The translations under genes were made by a program, and so were the position numbers. Source: Octopus sinensis (Eukaryota). From it: a stretch of DNA of 64,000 bases. The DNA is taken from assembly GCF_006345805.1 (NCBI RefSeq), contig NC_043015.1:53072001-53136000 (forward strand). The letters run 5' to 3'. The stretch's first letter is position 1; each line of letters starts with the position of its first letter. Below, piece by piece: positions 11,757 to 24,508 of this stretch. The notes beneath the pieces are model-generated. The model did no database searches. It saw only the letters and a program-made list of their open reading frames with translations, and had not been told where the DNA came from.

Positions 11757-12801
11757 CTAGCATTATGACCCGTCGTTGCCGGGTCATAGTGCTAGTGCAT
11801 GTATATATGTGTATATATGTGTGTACATATTGCATGTACATCTATATATATACATCTACACATAAAATACAAAGTTATATTTTGATATCGCTAGTGATAA
11901 CAATACTCAAAATATATAACAGACTGGAATTGTTAGCCCGTCTCTTGTAATTTCGATCAATTGTATCTTGTCCTCCCTCTTGTATAGAAGTGTGGCTACA
12001 ATCCAGCCTACCTCTACTTCTGGGTGGGGGTGGGAGGCATTTTAAATTTTTATACGGGACGTCTTACGTTCCAGATATAAAGGTAAAAATAAAATATTTC
12101 CACTTTGCAAGTTCGAGTCGAGTACTCCCTTGCACGCTCCATTGACTCGAACCTTGCTTCTATTATGGCGAATTTACCGCCTCTGGTTAGATATCTTTCA
12201 TAGTCGCACCAAGACACTTTTCGAAGGTGCTTTCCTCCATGTGTTCAAATCTTCTTTTTTCTCTACATTGTATACTTTATAGACAATAGTCTTTTCTTTA
12301 ATTTAATTTTTCATTATCCATCTGGACTATTCCATATCTGCACGCTAATTTTATTTTTAATTTATACCCATTCATATGAAACCACTTATTCAAGTTCAAG
12401 TCATTGATGCAATTTTATACCAATTGCTATTTTTACGTTTGTTATGTTCTGATTATATTATACTTTAGTTTGATTTTAATTATTACTTACTACATATAAT
12501 TCAATTGTTATTATTATTTTCATTGTTAAAGTGAAAGTATCTGACATAAAATAGAGAAACGTTTTTGTTTCACTTTTAACACGTAATACTGAAATAGTGG
12601 AGAAGATATGATATTGCTATGGGCTCGCTCTAGGCAAGAAGTTGAACATTTTCTTTTGCCGATGACACTCCCCGGACCCTAAGTAAAGCATGTGTAAAAT
12701 TTGAATGGAATTGGTTGTGTAGTTCTCAAGGTTTAGGGAAACACGCAGACAGACAGACAGACAGACACATACACATTCTCAGTTTTATATATATGTAGAG
12801 A
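11757..12801 (-). mobile_element. Non-autonomous Helitron (~1.05 kb)
   Basis: Minus strand starts A|TCTCTACATATATATAAAAC and ends with hairpin ATGACCCG-GCAACGA-CGGGTCAT then AATGCTAG|T. Shows 5' TC, 3' CTAG and an AT target. Confidence 0.8.
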
Positions 12802-13459
12802 TATATAAATATAGACACACGCACGCACACACACATGCACACCACACATATACATACACACATACATACATACATACATACATACATACATACATACATA
12901 CATACATGCATACATATCTATATATGCATACACACATACATACATATCTTTATATGTCGCTCTTCGCAAACCAACTTTTACCCATCCTCTGTAAATTCTC
13001 AAATTAACCTTGGTAATAAATATAGGAGACTGCTAGGAACTTACAGCCTCTGCCAACTCTCGATAAAATGAATATCCGAAGAAACAGACGCCCAATTTAA
13101 AATCCAGAATATCACATCGCATCTTTTCATTCTGCATCATATTTAGTCATCAGAAAGGAGCCATCTTGTCTAAAATGTGAGTCGACGGTGAGAGAATAAA
13201 AGCTGTTATGGAGAAATTCGGTCTGGATTTAAGTATCTTGCTGTGTGTCAGCCGTTTTAATTAGACGCCACTCTCGCAAGACTCTGGCTGGATTTGACCA
13301 GTGTTAATTTGAACTTTAGCATTTGACCTCGGGTTTTATTGATTTCTCTTGGATAACTCCAATCTCCACCATGAGCAGAATTACTCGAGTCAAATTTACG
13401 TAAGAGGCCTTATTGATTAATATTAACGGCAACGAATATTATGTCTCTGGGGAACATGC

Positions 13460-14225
13460 TAACCAACGAGCTGTGACGTGTTTGCGCTCGACCTGGTAGA
13501 AATAGCAGCAAAATTTTTCATCAAATCACCCTGTGCCTTCTTAGAAAATGGTCCTAATTTTTTCCTACGCAAATGAAAAATGAGACGTGGTGGTCACGGT
13601 TTGCAATGCATTTGATCATAAGGCTGATTGATCGGGGTTAAAAGAAAAGTAACGCTTGAGAAACCAATGAAGGAGCTTCTATGTTATCGCTCGAATAGCT
13701 AGAAATAGCAGCAAAAGTTTCCCTCAAATCACACCGCACTCTCTTAGAAAATGACATGCTGGATAATATAGTTCTAAGTTTCTCTGCCCACGATGAGGGA
13801 GAACTTTATGTGGTTGCTCGATCTACTAGAAATCGCAGCCAGCTTTTCCGACTTATCACCTTACCGTCATTAAAAGGGAAAGGCACTGGAATAACGTTGT
13901 TCTGGATAATCTCTGAATCAGATGGGATGGTTATGAGTGGAATATCTTGACATGGGTCGGATCTATTTCGACTGACCTTATAACAACAACAACAACAACA
14001 ACAATGACAATAACAGCTTGTTCTCACGGGTTAGTATGGGAGCCTGTACGCAGTTGCTTGATAGCTAGAAACAACAGCAAAATTTCCTTCACATCATATC
14101 CTACTGCATGATAAAAGATTCTTCGTGTTAGGAGTAAACTATATCTGAAAAACATATAGCTAAGGTTAGGATGCTTTTAATTATCGATCTGCCCAGTCTG
14201 AGCTAACCTAGGGTTAAATAACAGC
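13460..14225 (+). repeat. Four degenerate tandem copies of a ~130-190-bp repeat containing GCTCGA...TAGAAATAGCAGC
   Basis: Motif at about 13486, 13689, 13816 and 14056, each followed by AAAT(T/C)TCCCTCAAATCAC-like sequence. Related sequence at ~29590, ~29950 (minus) and ~61358. Confidence 0.7.
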
Positions 14226-15444
14226 TTCAAATTTGACACAAGACCAACAATTTTTAGAGGAGAATCTTAGTCGATTTACTCGACCTCCGTGCTGCTCATC
14301 GAGTCCGGCAAAGTCGACTTCAGTTTGAATTTGAACCGAGAACGTAAAGCACCGGAAAAAATGCCGCTAAGCATTTTGTCCGACTTCGCTACCAGTATGT
14401 CCCTTTTATGACACTAGTTATTCCCCTTCCTCAGAACTCTTCTCTATAATTACGTCTCCGCCCACGTTCTGTCGCTTGTCACTACGCACTAACCGCATTA
14501 TACAAAGTGAACATTAACCGAATAACCTTCAGCTAAGTTATCTGTATTTCAAAAGAAAGGGGCTTTAAAGAATTATGATCGCTGCCTCCCCACCCTTTCT
14601 CTGTCTAGCAATTAAAAACAAAAGAATGAAAAAATATATGTATAGATATTTTCTGATTGATATTGATTACAAGATTTCTCATAGGTCTCTCTCTCTTTTA
14701 AATTGATATGCACTATACTGGAATTAAAATACAAATAAAGTTTGAAATTCTTTCCCCGCCGTATACCAACGGCAAGAACAGAATTGCTTTAGATGAATAG
14801 ATAAAGAATCGAAGGTTATCGATGAGAGAAAACCTACAAATCCTCTCCAATAATAGAAAAAAAAAAGCAAAAGAAAAAAAGTGTATGAAATTAATCGATA
14901 GCCATCGTGTAACGGAGTGTGTCGACTTCGCTAGCTGAGCAATTAAAGAAATAAATACGGCGGTTTTGTCATTTGCCTTGTGCAAAGGTTTCAAATGACA
15001 AGACTGGCTTAGCAGAAGTTGATCAAAGGTGATCAAAGGGCGTTTTATGATGACTAACCGTTTGTTAATTAACTAGTGGTTCCTACCAAACTACCACTAT
15101 ACTACTACTGCTACTGCTACTTTTTAACCATGGCGTACTGGATACGCTAATTAATTTGCTGTTTATGTAGTTGAAAGGAGAGTTTAGTTATAATTTTTCT
15201 TTTTATTGTGTTAAAATGTGAACAATCGTATCGACATAACACTTATTTTCTCAGACATAACTATCCAATATTCCACTACGAGATCTTTCAGTAGAAATGC
15301 TATGAGTCCAGAGTTTTGTCTGGTTCTTGTACCAAGAAATCGTACTTAAGCAATGCGGCACTACAGTCACGTCATATTTCGCAACCATAAACTTTAAAGT
15401 AAGCACAACAAACAACAAAGCGATGAACTGGTTGGCACCAAATA

Positions 15445-15514
<70 letters not shown>

Positions 15515-16174
15515 TGTGTGTGTGTGGCTACTTCCACATCGTTTCTTCAAAGACACACACAGTAGCACTTATTTGTGATCAAATAAGAGCTGAAGAACCC
15601 TTAGATCGAAAAGCCTGGGTAATTTATTCATTCATCCATTCCGTCCTTACTCAGCAGAGTAGAAGAGCAGTAAAATTATCTTTGATACATTTTAAAACAA
15701 ATAATTTAGATGTAAAGGAATCTGGGAGAGGTTGTAAGAGACCCGCCTATCTCATTAAGTGAAATAGACAGAGTAGAAATGCGAAATCATCTTTTCATAT
15801 GACACATGCTCAAAGCGCATCAAAAAGAAGCAATTATGGACTGGGGACTTTTTGTTTGAAAAACTTACAGATCAAAAATTCACTTCTGAAGTGAATTGAT
15901 AAAAAGATATATATTTCCAGAAGAGTGACGGATTTTGCAAACAACATTTATGGTTGATCTGTTGAAGAAGTTGAAACTAACTTGGCCATCGGCCGTGGCG
16001 TGAATCCAACACTTAGCAGCGGTTTTCTACTAGCTTTTTCTTTTTTGTACAACTTTAACTATTTGTCTTCTTCGCCAATGTTGATATGTTGATCTGAATC
16101 ACCACGTATCTTTAAATAAAGACTCTCTCTCTCTCTCTCTCTCTCACTCGCCCTCTCTCTCCCTCTCTCTTCTC

Positions 16175-16230
16175 TATATGTATATATCTATGTATGAATG
16201 CATGTATAGGTTTGTATATATATGTATATG

Positions 16231-16288
<58 letters not shown>

Positions 16289-16384
16289 ATATAAAAGCAC
16301 ATATCCATAAATTTGTATACATGTATATACACATATATATATATGTATGTATATATGTGTGTGTATATTATATATATATATATG

Positions 16385-16429
<45 letters not shown>

Positions 16430-16656
16430 ATATGTATACAAATACATGGATGTGTGCTTTCATATATATATGTGTATGTGTGTGTGCATATATGTATATA
16501 TACATATATATATATATGTATATATATGTATATATATATATGTGTGGATATATATATACATCGATTTATATATATACATATACATACATACACACGTACA
16601 CATACATATGTATTTGTGTGTATATATATATATATGTGTGTGCGTATATATATATA

Positions 16657-16711
<55 letters not shown>

Positions 16712-16850
16712 TATATACATAATATATACACACACACGTACATATACATATGTATTTGTGTGTGTGTGTGTGTGTGTGTGCATGTGTGTATATACATACA
16801 TATACAAACATATACATACACACGTACACATACACATACACGCACATACA
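16175..16850. repeat. Compound (TA)/(CA)/(TG)/(TACA) microsatellite
   Basis: Direct inspection. Representative of dozens of such tracts, e.g. 23275-23720, 28670-29030, 44490-44670, 45930-46520. Confidence 0.95.
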
Positions 16851-17040
16851 GAGGCCCACAAATATCCTATCTAACTATACGTATCTCTACGTTGTCTGTC
16901 TCTCTGTCTCTCTGTCTCTCTGTCTGTGTAACCTTGAACGGCGGCTCTCCTATTTTTCTCTTCTTTTATCTTTTTCGCTGTCGATGTTGGTATTTAAGGG
17001 TGGTCTTGTTCGCGACAACAACCTCTGATGTGTAATTTAC

Positions 17041-17244
17041 CTGGAACTCTTCCAGTCGAGTAAAACCATAGTCCACGATCAATTCCTGTGAAGCAACAAC
17101 AATCTTGCTTGTTATGAAAGCAAAATGTTGTTGCTGTTGTTGTTGTTGTCGTTGTTGTTGGTGGTGGTGGTGTTGGTGGTGGTGGTGGAGTTGGCGGTGG
17201 TGGTCGGTGAAACTAAAACCTTCTCTGTTATTCCGGTTTGTCAT
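17041..17244 (-). CDS. Possible first coding exon of an unknown host gene (His/Gln-rich N-terminus)
   Basis: ATG ORF MTNRNNREGFSFTDHHRQLHHHHQ...TRLEEFQ ends at an in-phase donor-like CAG|GTAAAT. Unique non-repetitive sequence lies upstream. No homology recognised. Confidence 0.25.
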
Positions 17245-18009
17245 TCACAGTATTTACATGTTATAAGCTTTTACAAACATTAGAATCTTTTGACAATTCT
17301 ACCGAACAGAAGCTATGGATCTGTTAAGTGTAAACTACGTGGTCGTGCTTCACGTTGTAGATCCTCCTCTCTACCCGATCAGTTTAGTCTCAAACAGTCG
17401 GCTTTGGCTTCCTTCCAAACCATTTCAAGATTGACCAAACCGCCGCTCGCACTCATCTTCCTTTCTCTCCCCCACCTCTCTCTCTCTCTCTCTCTTGATG
17501 TCACCGCTGCAATAAATTGCACAGATGTTTAATGCATCTGTTGTTGCTTGGTTCTGCATTTCGCCTTCTTTAACTTGTTGTTATTGTTCGTTATTATATT
17601 TGTTATTGTTGTGTTGTTGTTGTTTTTGTATAAGCCGTTTCACGTAATTTGACTGAAATAAAATATTGTTTCTTGAAATCCAGTTTTAACATCTTTTTAA
17701 TACCCTACGCACGTGCGCGCGATTCTTTCAGTGTAGGATGGATATATCTTCTACCTTTTACTTGTTTCACTCATTGGATTGCAGCCATTCTGGGACACCG
17801 CCTTGGACGGCTTAGTCTAGCGTTTCTCAAACACCTTTTATCTGTGGACCAATTCGATTCTTATTTTGTTCTTGTGGACCCTTATAGCCGTTCGTTGTTT
17901 TAGAAATCTTGTATTTTCATTATTAAATATTATTAGCATTTTATTTTTATTATTTCTTTTTTTTCTTTTTGTTTCAGTCATTTGACTGCGGCCTTGGTTT
18001 TGGGTTCGT

Positions 18010-18330
18010 GCAGTCCCACTGCGTGGCACCTTGGGAAAGTGTCTTCTGCTATAACCTCGGGCCAACCAAAGCCATATGAGTGGATTTTGTAGACGGAAAC
18101 TGAAAGAAGCCCGTCATATATATATGTGTGTGTGTGTGTGTGTGTTTGTCCCCCATTATCGCTTGACAACCGATGTTGGTGTGTCTACGTCCCCGTAACA
18201 TAGCAGTTCAGCAAAAGAGACCGATATAATAAGTGCTAAGCTTACAAAGACAAAGTTCTGGGATTGATGTGTTAGACTAAAGGCGGTGCTCCAGCATGAC
18301 CGTAGTCAAATGACTGAAACAAGGAAGAGA
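18010..18330 (+). mobile_element. SINE family B, 5'-truncated, preceded by an inverted tail fragment (~17965-18000)
   Basis: cagtcccactgcgtggcaccttggg...(TA)(TG)n...ggcggtgctccagcatgaccgtagtcaaatgactgaaac. Confidence 0.85.
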
Positions 18331-18408
18331 ATATACTTGTTCCACGTCCTCGCGTTGTTGTGTTTTCTCTTTGTGTTTTCATGTTTAGATTAACTTTACA
18401 TATATATA

Positions 18409-18809
18409 CTAGCAGTATCGCCCGGCGTTGCTCGGGTTTGTAAGGGAAATAACTATATAAGCATTTTTAGAGAGTTATAGCCAAAAAATAGGAAAAAAAT
18501 GCATTAAAAATGGAAAAAAAATTAAGGTAAATTTCTTTTTAAATCGTTGACACATCGTAGATATTTTTAGAGAGTTACTTCCCTTATATAATAGCGAAAA
18601 AAATGCATTAAAATGGAAAAATATGATGGTAAAATTTTTTAAATCGTAGACTCATCGTAGACGCGCGCTAATACCCAGAAGGGCTCGATATGACTCACGA
18701 CTATAAGATACCCGGTTTTGGTTACACTGCACCGCAAAATGTGGGAGTAGTAGTTAGGAATCTAAATCGTAGGAGACAGACCACACAACTTCACTCTTAT
18801 ATATAAAGA
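18409..18809 (-). mobile_element. Non-autonomous Helitron H1, copy 1
   Basis: Minus strand A|TCTTTATATATAAGAG...CCCGAGCAACGCCGGG hairpin...CGATACTGCTAG|T. Near-identical to 19908-20301. Confidence 0.85.
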
Positions 18810-18919
18810 TATAAGTCACGTAGTTATAACACATACTTTGTTATATACACATTCTTAAAAGAAAATGTTATTTTGAATACAACATTATAAGAAATAAAAT
18901 ATTTTTTGGTTTTTCTTAA

Positions 18920-19643
18920 CCCTTTCGTTACTATATTCTGACCAAAATACCCCCTTATGTGTTTCAATTAATTTCTAACGTAATCATAAATTTAGTCTGG
19001 TTTCATTAACAACAATAACTTTTTTATTTATCAATATATTAACGTGAATTTTGGAAGATAATTTAATGAAATGTCCTCAACCAATTCTATACTATAATTT
19101 TTGTCACAAAGTGACTCTAAGTGCAGGTAGATACAGGTAATTCAACAATATATAAAATTATTAAAATTTTGTTCAAACATCGCTATAGAAAATGGGTTAT
19201 TAGCTAATATTCAATTGGGTATACAACAAAATTTTACGATAGAATTTGTTATTCTGGGTAACTTTCTGATACCCATAATAATATTTATGGCAAAATAGGC
19301 CTTAATTTCATTTAAGGTTGTGGGAAATAACAAACTATCCTTCTTTCGTTTTGTTTACGTTTAGCGTAACGTTTCGTTTCTGCCGTAATGATTTCAAATG
19401 GGCTCATTCGAAACAGTAAATAGAAATAGTCTAAGGCTTTACTCTTCTGGGAAAGTCTGTGGCTTGGTGCAGTTTCTTCAGAAAAATCACCGAAAGAAAC
19501 AGTTTTTAAATTTTCACTCCATTCAGGTACCAATTCGTTTTCTTTATCGCTGTCGGATTCACTGTTTTCACTTTAATAGCTGCAAACTTGCAAAGACAAA
19601 GGAGGAGAAGGGTGATAGCGTCAGTGAAACAATTCGCGCCCTT
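18920..19643 (-). mobile_element. piggyBac fragment: TIR plus transposase remnant
   Basis: TTAA|CCCTTTCGTTAC at 18916-18931. ORF 19312-19533 contains ALDYFYLLF...EIITAETKRYA, resembling the N-terminal block of piggyBac/PGBD transposases. Confidence 0.75.
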
Positions 19644-19890
19644 TGTGTGTGTGTGCGTTTGCGTGTGGTGTAAACCACATTAAGAAAAACATTTGACATA
19701 CACACCAGAATGTGAGTTTTCTGTAAATTTTGCTTAATTGGAGTTTAAATTTTAAAAACTGGACCTGGCATGACCCGATGCATTCTACTCTTAAAAATGC
19801 TAGGTAAATTGTAATTGAAGAAATCCTATATTGTAGATTTCTATAAGTTACAAAGGGAGGCAGATAAAATCTGCCTTTTATAATAAGAGA
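19644..19890 (-). mobile_element. Helitron-like 5' end H2, copy 1
   Basis: Minus strand begins A|TCTCTTATTATAAAAGGCAG. Direct repeat of 20837-21081. Confidence 0.7.
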
Positions 19891-19907
19891 TATACTTTAT
19901 ATATATA

Positions 19908-20301
19908 CTAGCAGTATCGCCCGGCGTTGCTCGGGTTTGTAAGGGAAATAACTATATAAGCATTTTTAGAGAGTTATAGCCAAAAAATAGCAAAAAAATG
20001 CATTAAAAATGGAAAAAAATTAAGGTAAATTTTTTTTTTAAATCGTTGACACATCGTAGATATTTTTAGAGAGTTACTTCCCTTATATAAAAGCGAAAAA
20101 ATGCATTAAAATGGAAAAATATGATGGTAAATTTTTTAAAATCGTAGACTCATCGTAGACGCGCGCTAATACCCAGAAGGGCTCGATATGAATCACGACT
20201 ATAAGATACCCGTTTTGGTTAAAAACACACCGCAAAATGTGGGAGTAGTTACGAATCTAAATCGAAGGGGACAGACACACAACTTCACTCTTATATAAAG
20301 A
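19908..20301 (-). mobile_element. Non-autonomous Helitron H1, copy 2
   Basis: Same termini and hairpin as 18409-18809. Confidence 0.85.
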
Positions 20302-20626
20302 TGTTTTTTTTTTCAGTCATAGAGTTAGATTTATGAAGGTCTTCAGTAGAAAATCCTTCGAATTCTGACTCGCTGCTTGATATAATGAAATTCGTATCCA
20401 TTTTTTGTCAGAATTACAAATTTTGAAAACACAATAGGAACAAATTTCGGAAAAAAATCTCCCATAATTCACGGAATTAAAATTACACTTCGATTTTTGT
20501 ACAAAACTGTATTTGAAGTGTTTACGAAGTATAATACGTGTTTTCACGAATGTACTAAAGAGATTTACTCTGATATTCTCATTTAAATATGAATAGGTAA
20601 ATTCGGGCGGTTTGGTAACGAAAGGG
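20302..20626 (-). mobile_element. piggyBac opposite end
   Basis: GTAACGAAAGGG|TTTA at 20615-20630 is the reverse complement of the TIR at 18920-18931, with a one-mismatch TTAA. Confidence 0.7.
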
Positions 20627-20836
20627 TTTATATAAGTGTCGTCTGTTTATACATAAACACTGTTTCATACTTTCAGTTTAGTCTTGCTCAAATCACTCTG
20701 TCGCTAATTTACTCTCTTCCAAGAACATTTTCACTCACTGTTATCTGTTAGCTTCCCATACATTTTACTCATGTATCTATCAGCGTGATAGACAGAAACA
20801 AATATTACATTTACTTTCATTTTATTCGTCGCACAC

Positions 20837-21081
20837 TGTGTGTGTGCGTTTGCGTGTGGTGTAAACCAGACTAAGAAAAGCATTTGACACACACACCAGA
20901 ATGTGAGTTTTCTGTAAATTTTGCTTAATTGGAGTTTAAATTTTAAAAACTGGACCTGGCATGACGCGATGCATTGTACTCTCAAAAATGCTAGGTAAAT
21001 TGTAATTGAAGAAATCCTATATTGTAGATTTGTATAACTCCCAAAGGGAGGCAGATAAAATCTGCCTTTTATAATAAGAGA
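20837..21081 (-). mobile_element. Helitron-like 5' end H2, copy 2
   Basis: Direct repeat of 19644-19890, with an A|TC terminus on the minus strand. Confidence 0.7.
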
Positions 21082-21113
21082 TATATATTCAGGTTAGTTG
21101 AAATATACATACA

Positions 21114-21145
<32 letters not shown>

Positions 21146-21201
21146 AATATATACATATATATGTATGTATATATGTGTGTGTGTGTGTATGTATATATAT
21201 A

Positions 21202-21409
21202 CGAGGGGAGGCTGAAAAGTTCCTGGAATCGCAAAAGGCCATTCTGGAGGCCCAACCTTCCCAGTTCTTTTACAGAGCTTAGGGAAACTGAAGGACCATT
21301 GAAATAAGTGTGTGAATCTGAGAAGGGAATATGTTGAATGAAATTATAATCAACTGATCCTCCTGTATTTTCTTTTACCCAAAACCAGGGTCTTTTCGGC
21401 AGCCCCTCA
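21202..21409. mobile_element. mariner-type MITE
   Basis: TA|CGAGGGGAGGCTGAAAAGT ... TCTTTTCGGCAGCCCCTCA TIRs. Confidence 0.7.
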
Positions 21410-21454
21410 TGTGTGTTTGTGTTTGTGTGCGTGTGTGTGTGTGTGTGTTTACAT

Positions 21455-22095
21455 ATATGTACACACCACTTGATGTGTTTCATGTCTTCTCTCTAGTGGG
21501 TGGAATCTTAACCCTTTTTAGCTCCCCCAAACGCCCATCTGTTTGTTGCACCGAGGTAATCTTCTTGATGTTGCGGCGTTGATTGCCTCGAGTTTGACAC
21601 TTTACGGTGACCATAATTGTCAGCAGCAATCCAGGGGAATGGGAACGAATGTTCTCCATGTTCTCCATAGGAGCAACAGGATTTCCTCCTATTCCGTGTT
21701 CTCATGCATGCGGAGTGCAACCAGTCACTCACCTGCACATTGTTGTCATCTTAGTAATTCGCGCATGGTATTAGGCATCCCCATTCATTCGCATTCCCAG
21801 ATCACGCCCCAACTCTGACTCCGGTGCTGCAATTCACCCTCGTCATCTGAATTCTGATTACAGTTTGTCTGTATAAAAGTGCTTAAAATTTGTTAGCATT
21901 GAACTGCATGTTGATTTATTCAGGCCATTTGTATATCGCTTCTAGTTCTTTCTGTACTTTTGCGATGTCATCAAGGTCCTTGACCGCTTGTAATACTTTT
22001 GTGTCACCAGTGATAGTGGCTGACTGTATGACTGATGCCATATCTGAGAGAGCCACCACGAACAGTTGTGGTCCGAAGCCAATTTCCCTAGAAAT
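21455..22095 (-). mobile_element. CR1-clade LINE RT fragment, decayed
   Basis: Minus translation GFGPQLFVVALSDM...GDTKVLQ...QKELEAIYKWPE*INMQFNANKF*AL...RDLGMRM...QLWSP, matching CR1 RT motifs. Contains stops and a deletion in the YADD region. Confidence 0.8.
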
Positions 22096-22295
22096 ATATC
22101 ACTTAGTATTGATGTCTTTACTTTGGTCGGCCCAGGGCTATAGTAGAAAACATTTGCTCAAGGTGTCACGCAGCGGGACTGAACACGGAACCATGTTGCT
22201 GGGAACTAAGCTTCTCACCACACAGTCATACATGTGTATATATGTGCAATATATGTTTAAAATTGCGTCTCATCAAACAATATTTGAAGGATTCA

Positions 22296-22415
22296 AGGCA
22301 GCGAGCTGGCAGAAACGTTAACACACCGGGCGAAATGCTTAGCGCTATTTCGTCGTCTTTATGTTCTGAGTTCAAATTCCGCCGAGGTCGACTTTGCCTT
22401 TCATCCTTTCGGGGT
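22296..22415 (+). mobile_element. SINE family A, 3'-truncated
   Basis: aaggcagcgagctggcagaaacg...gagttcaaattccgccgaggtcgactttgcctttcatcctttcgggg. Confidence 0.85.
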
Positions 22416-22528
22416 GACTTGTGACTTGACAGATGACTAAAGACTCCGGTGCATTTTTACCTACACTGCGTTACGAAGGAGGAGGAATAATAACTATAAT
22501 AATAATAATAATAACAATAATAATAATA

Positions 22529-22564
<36 letters not shown>

Positions 22565-23387
22565 GAATGATGATGATGATATATCAGATACACTAACAAA
22601 AGATTCTTCCACATAGCTTCGGCTAAACCTCTCACCCCAAAAAAGCAAAAAAAAGGCAGGACCAAAAAAAACTAACAAGCAAACAATGACAACAAAAACA
22701 AAAGAAACGACGAACAACTTCAACAACAACAACAAAAACCCCCACCCCATCCCACCAAAACCTTTACGTAATCTCGTGTATCAGACGATATCGCTTTTTA
22801 TCGCTGTATCGGCGAAATTAGATCCGAAGCTTGCTAGATCTGGAGGCATAACAACGCTGCTCGCATAATGCAAGGTGGACTTCCTGAGCGAATACGAACG
22901 AATTTGGCCGCGAGGCAGCGCAGCCGTTTGTTTTATTTAGATTTGCGCAGCATCAAATATTGTACATGTAGACCATAATAATACTGAGAGATTCCGAGGC
23001 AGTAATGTATCGTCTATGTATGGTGTGAACACACTGGTGTGTGCGTGCTTCTATTCGCTCGTGTAAATATTTAGAGGTATATACATTCACACACTAATGT
23101 ATACACACTCACAACACACATACGCATGCGCGCGCGTATATATATACACACGCGCGCACATACACACATGTATGGGGAGAGAAATATATTTTAATATACA
23201 TGCATCATGCATGTGTTCAAACTGTATGAATGAATTGATTGCTAATCTGTTCATGTGTATGCATAGATGCCATACATACAGTCATGCATACATACATACA
23301 TACATACATACATACATACATACATACATACATACATACATACATACGTACGTACATGCATATATACATACATATATAATATCTATC

Positions 23388-23419
<32 letters not shown>

Positions 23420-23996
23420 ATGCATATATATATATATAATGCATATATATACATGTATGTATATATACATACATATATGCATACATACGTATATACATAC
23501 ATATATACATACATATACGCATACATACGTATATACATACATATATACATACATATACGCATACATACGTATATACATACATATATACATACATACATTC
23601 ATACATGCCTACATAAATGCATATGTACACACAGCTCTCTCTCACACACGCTCATGTTTATGTATGTATATATACATGTACACACACACACACACACACA
23701 CACATACATATGTAACATGAATGTGTGTGTATGTTTCTGTAATGTTTCTGTAATGTTTGTGCATGCGTGCATGGGTATGTTTCTATTTCCAGATACAAAA
23801 GGGGACACTTCCAAGAAGACAGACTCATAACGGTGGATAAAATATTACTTCTCATCAATCTGTGTCTGTCTCCCTTTATATCTGTCTATTTATCCACACA
23901 CTTGTTTTTCGGTTGTAAATCATACAAATTACTTAAGGGCCGAGATCTTCCTGCATTGCACTTATATATACAAGTTAGTATATATGTATACTATAT

Positions 23997-24026
<30 letters not shown>

Positions 24027-24027
<1 letters not shown>

Positions 24028-24435
24028 TCTTTTACTCTTTTACTCTTTTACTTGTTTCAGTCATTTGACTGCAGCCATGCTGGAGCACCACCTTCTAGTC
24101 GAGCAAATCGACCCCGGGACTTATTCTTTGTAAGCTCAGTACTTATTCTATCGGTCTCTTTTGCCGAACCGCTAAGTGACGGGGACGTAAACACACCAGC
24201 ATCGGTTGTCAAGCAATGCTAGGGGGACAAACACACACACATACACATATATACATATATATACATATATACGACAGGCTTCCTTCAGTTTCCGTCTACC
24301 AAATCCACTCACAAGGCAGTTTCCGTCTACCAAATCCACTCAGAAGACACTTGCCCAAGATGCCACGCAGTGGGACTGAACCCGGAACCATGTGGTTGGT
24401 TAGCAAGCTACTTACCACACAGCCACTCCTGCGCC
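24027..24435 (-). mobile_element. SINE family B (tRNA head, internal microsatellite, GTAAAAGA-type tail; resembles octopus OK-type SINE)
   Basis: Minus strand GGCGCAGGAGTGGCTGTGTGG (A box), GGTTCAGTCCC (B box), ...GGTGCTCCAGCATGGCTGCAGTCAAATGACTGAAACAAGTAAAAGAG. Confidence 0.9.
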
Positions 24436-24508
24436 TATATATATATATATTATATGTTTCAGCTTTGAAGCTGCAGATATGCTGGGGCGCCGCCAGTTAA
24501 AAGAAATG

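Noticed and set aside
13167-13196. 30-nt micro-exon candidate with AG and GTGAGT boundaries
   Set aside because: Splice-like sites alone are common by chance; no homology or neighbouring exons.
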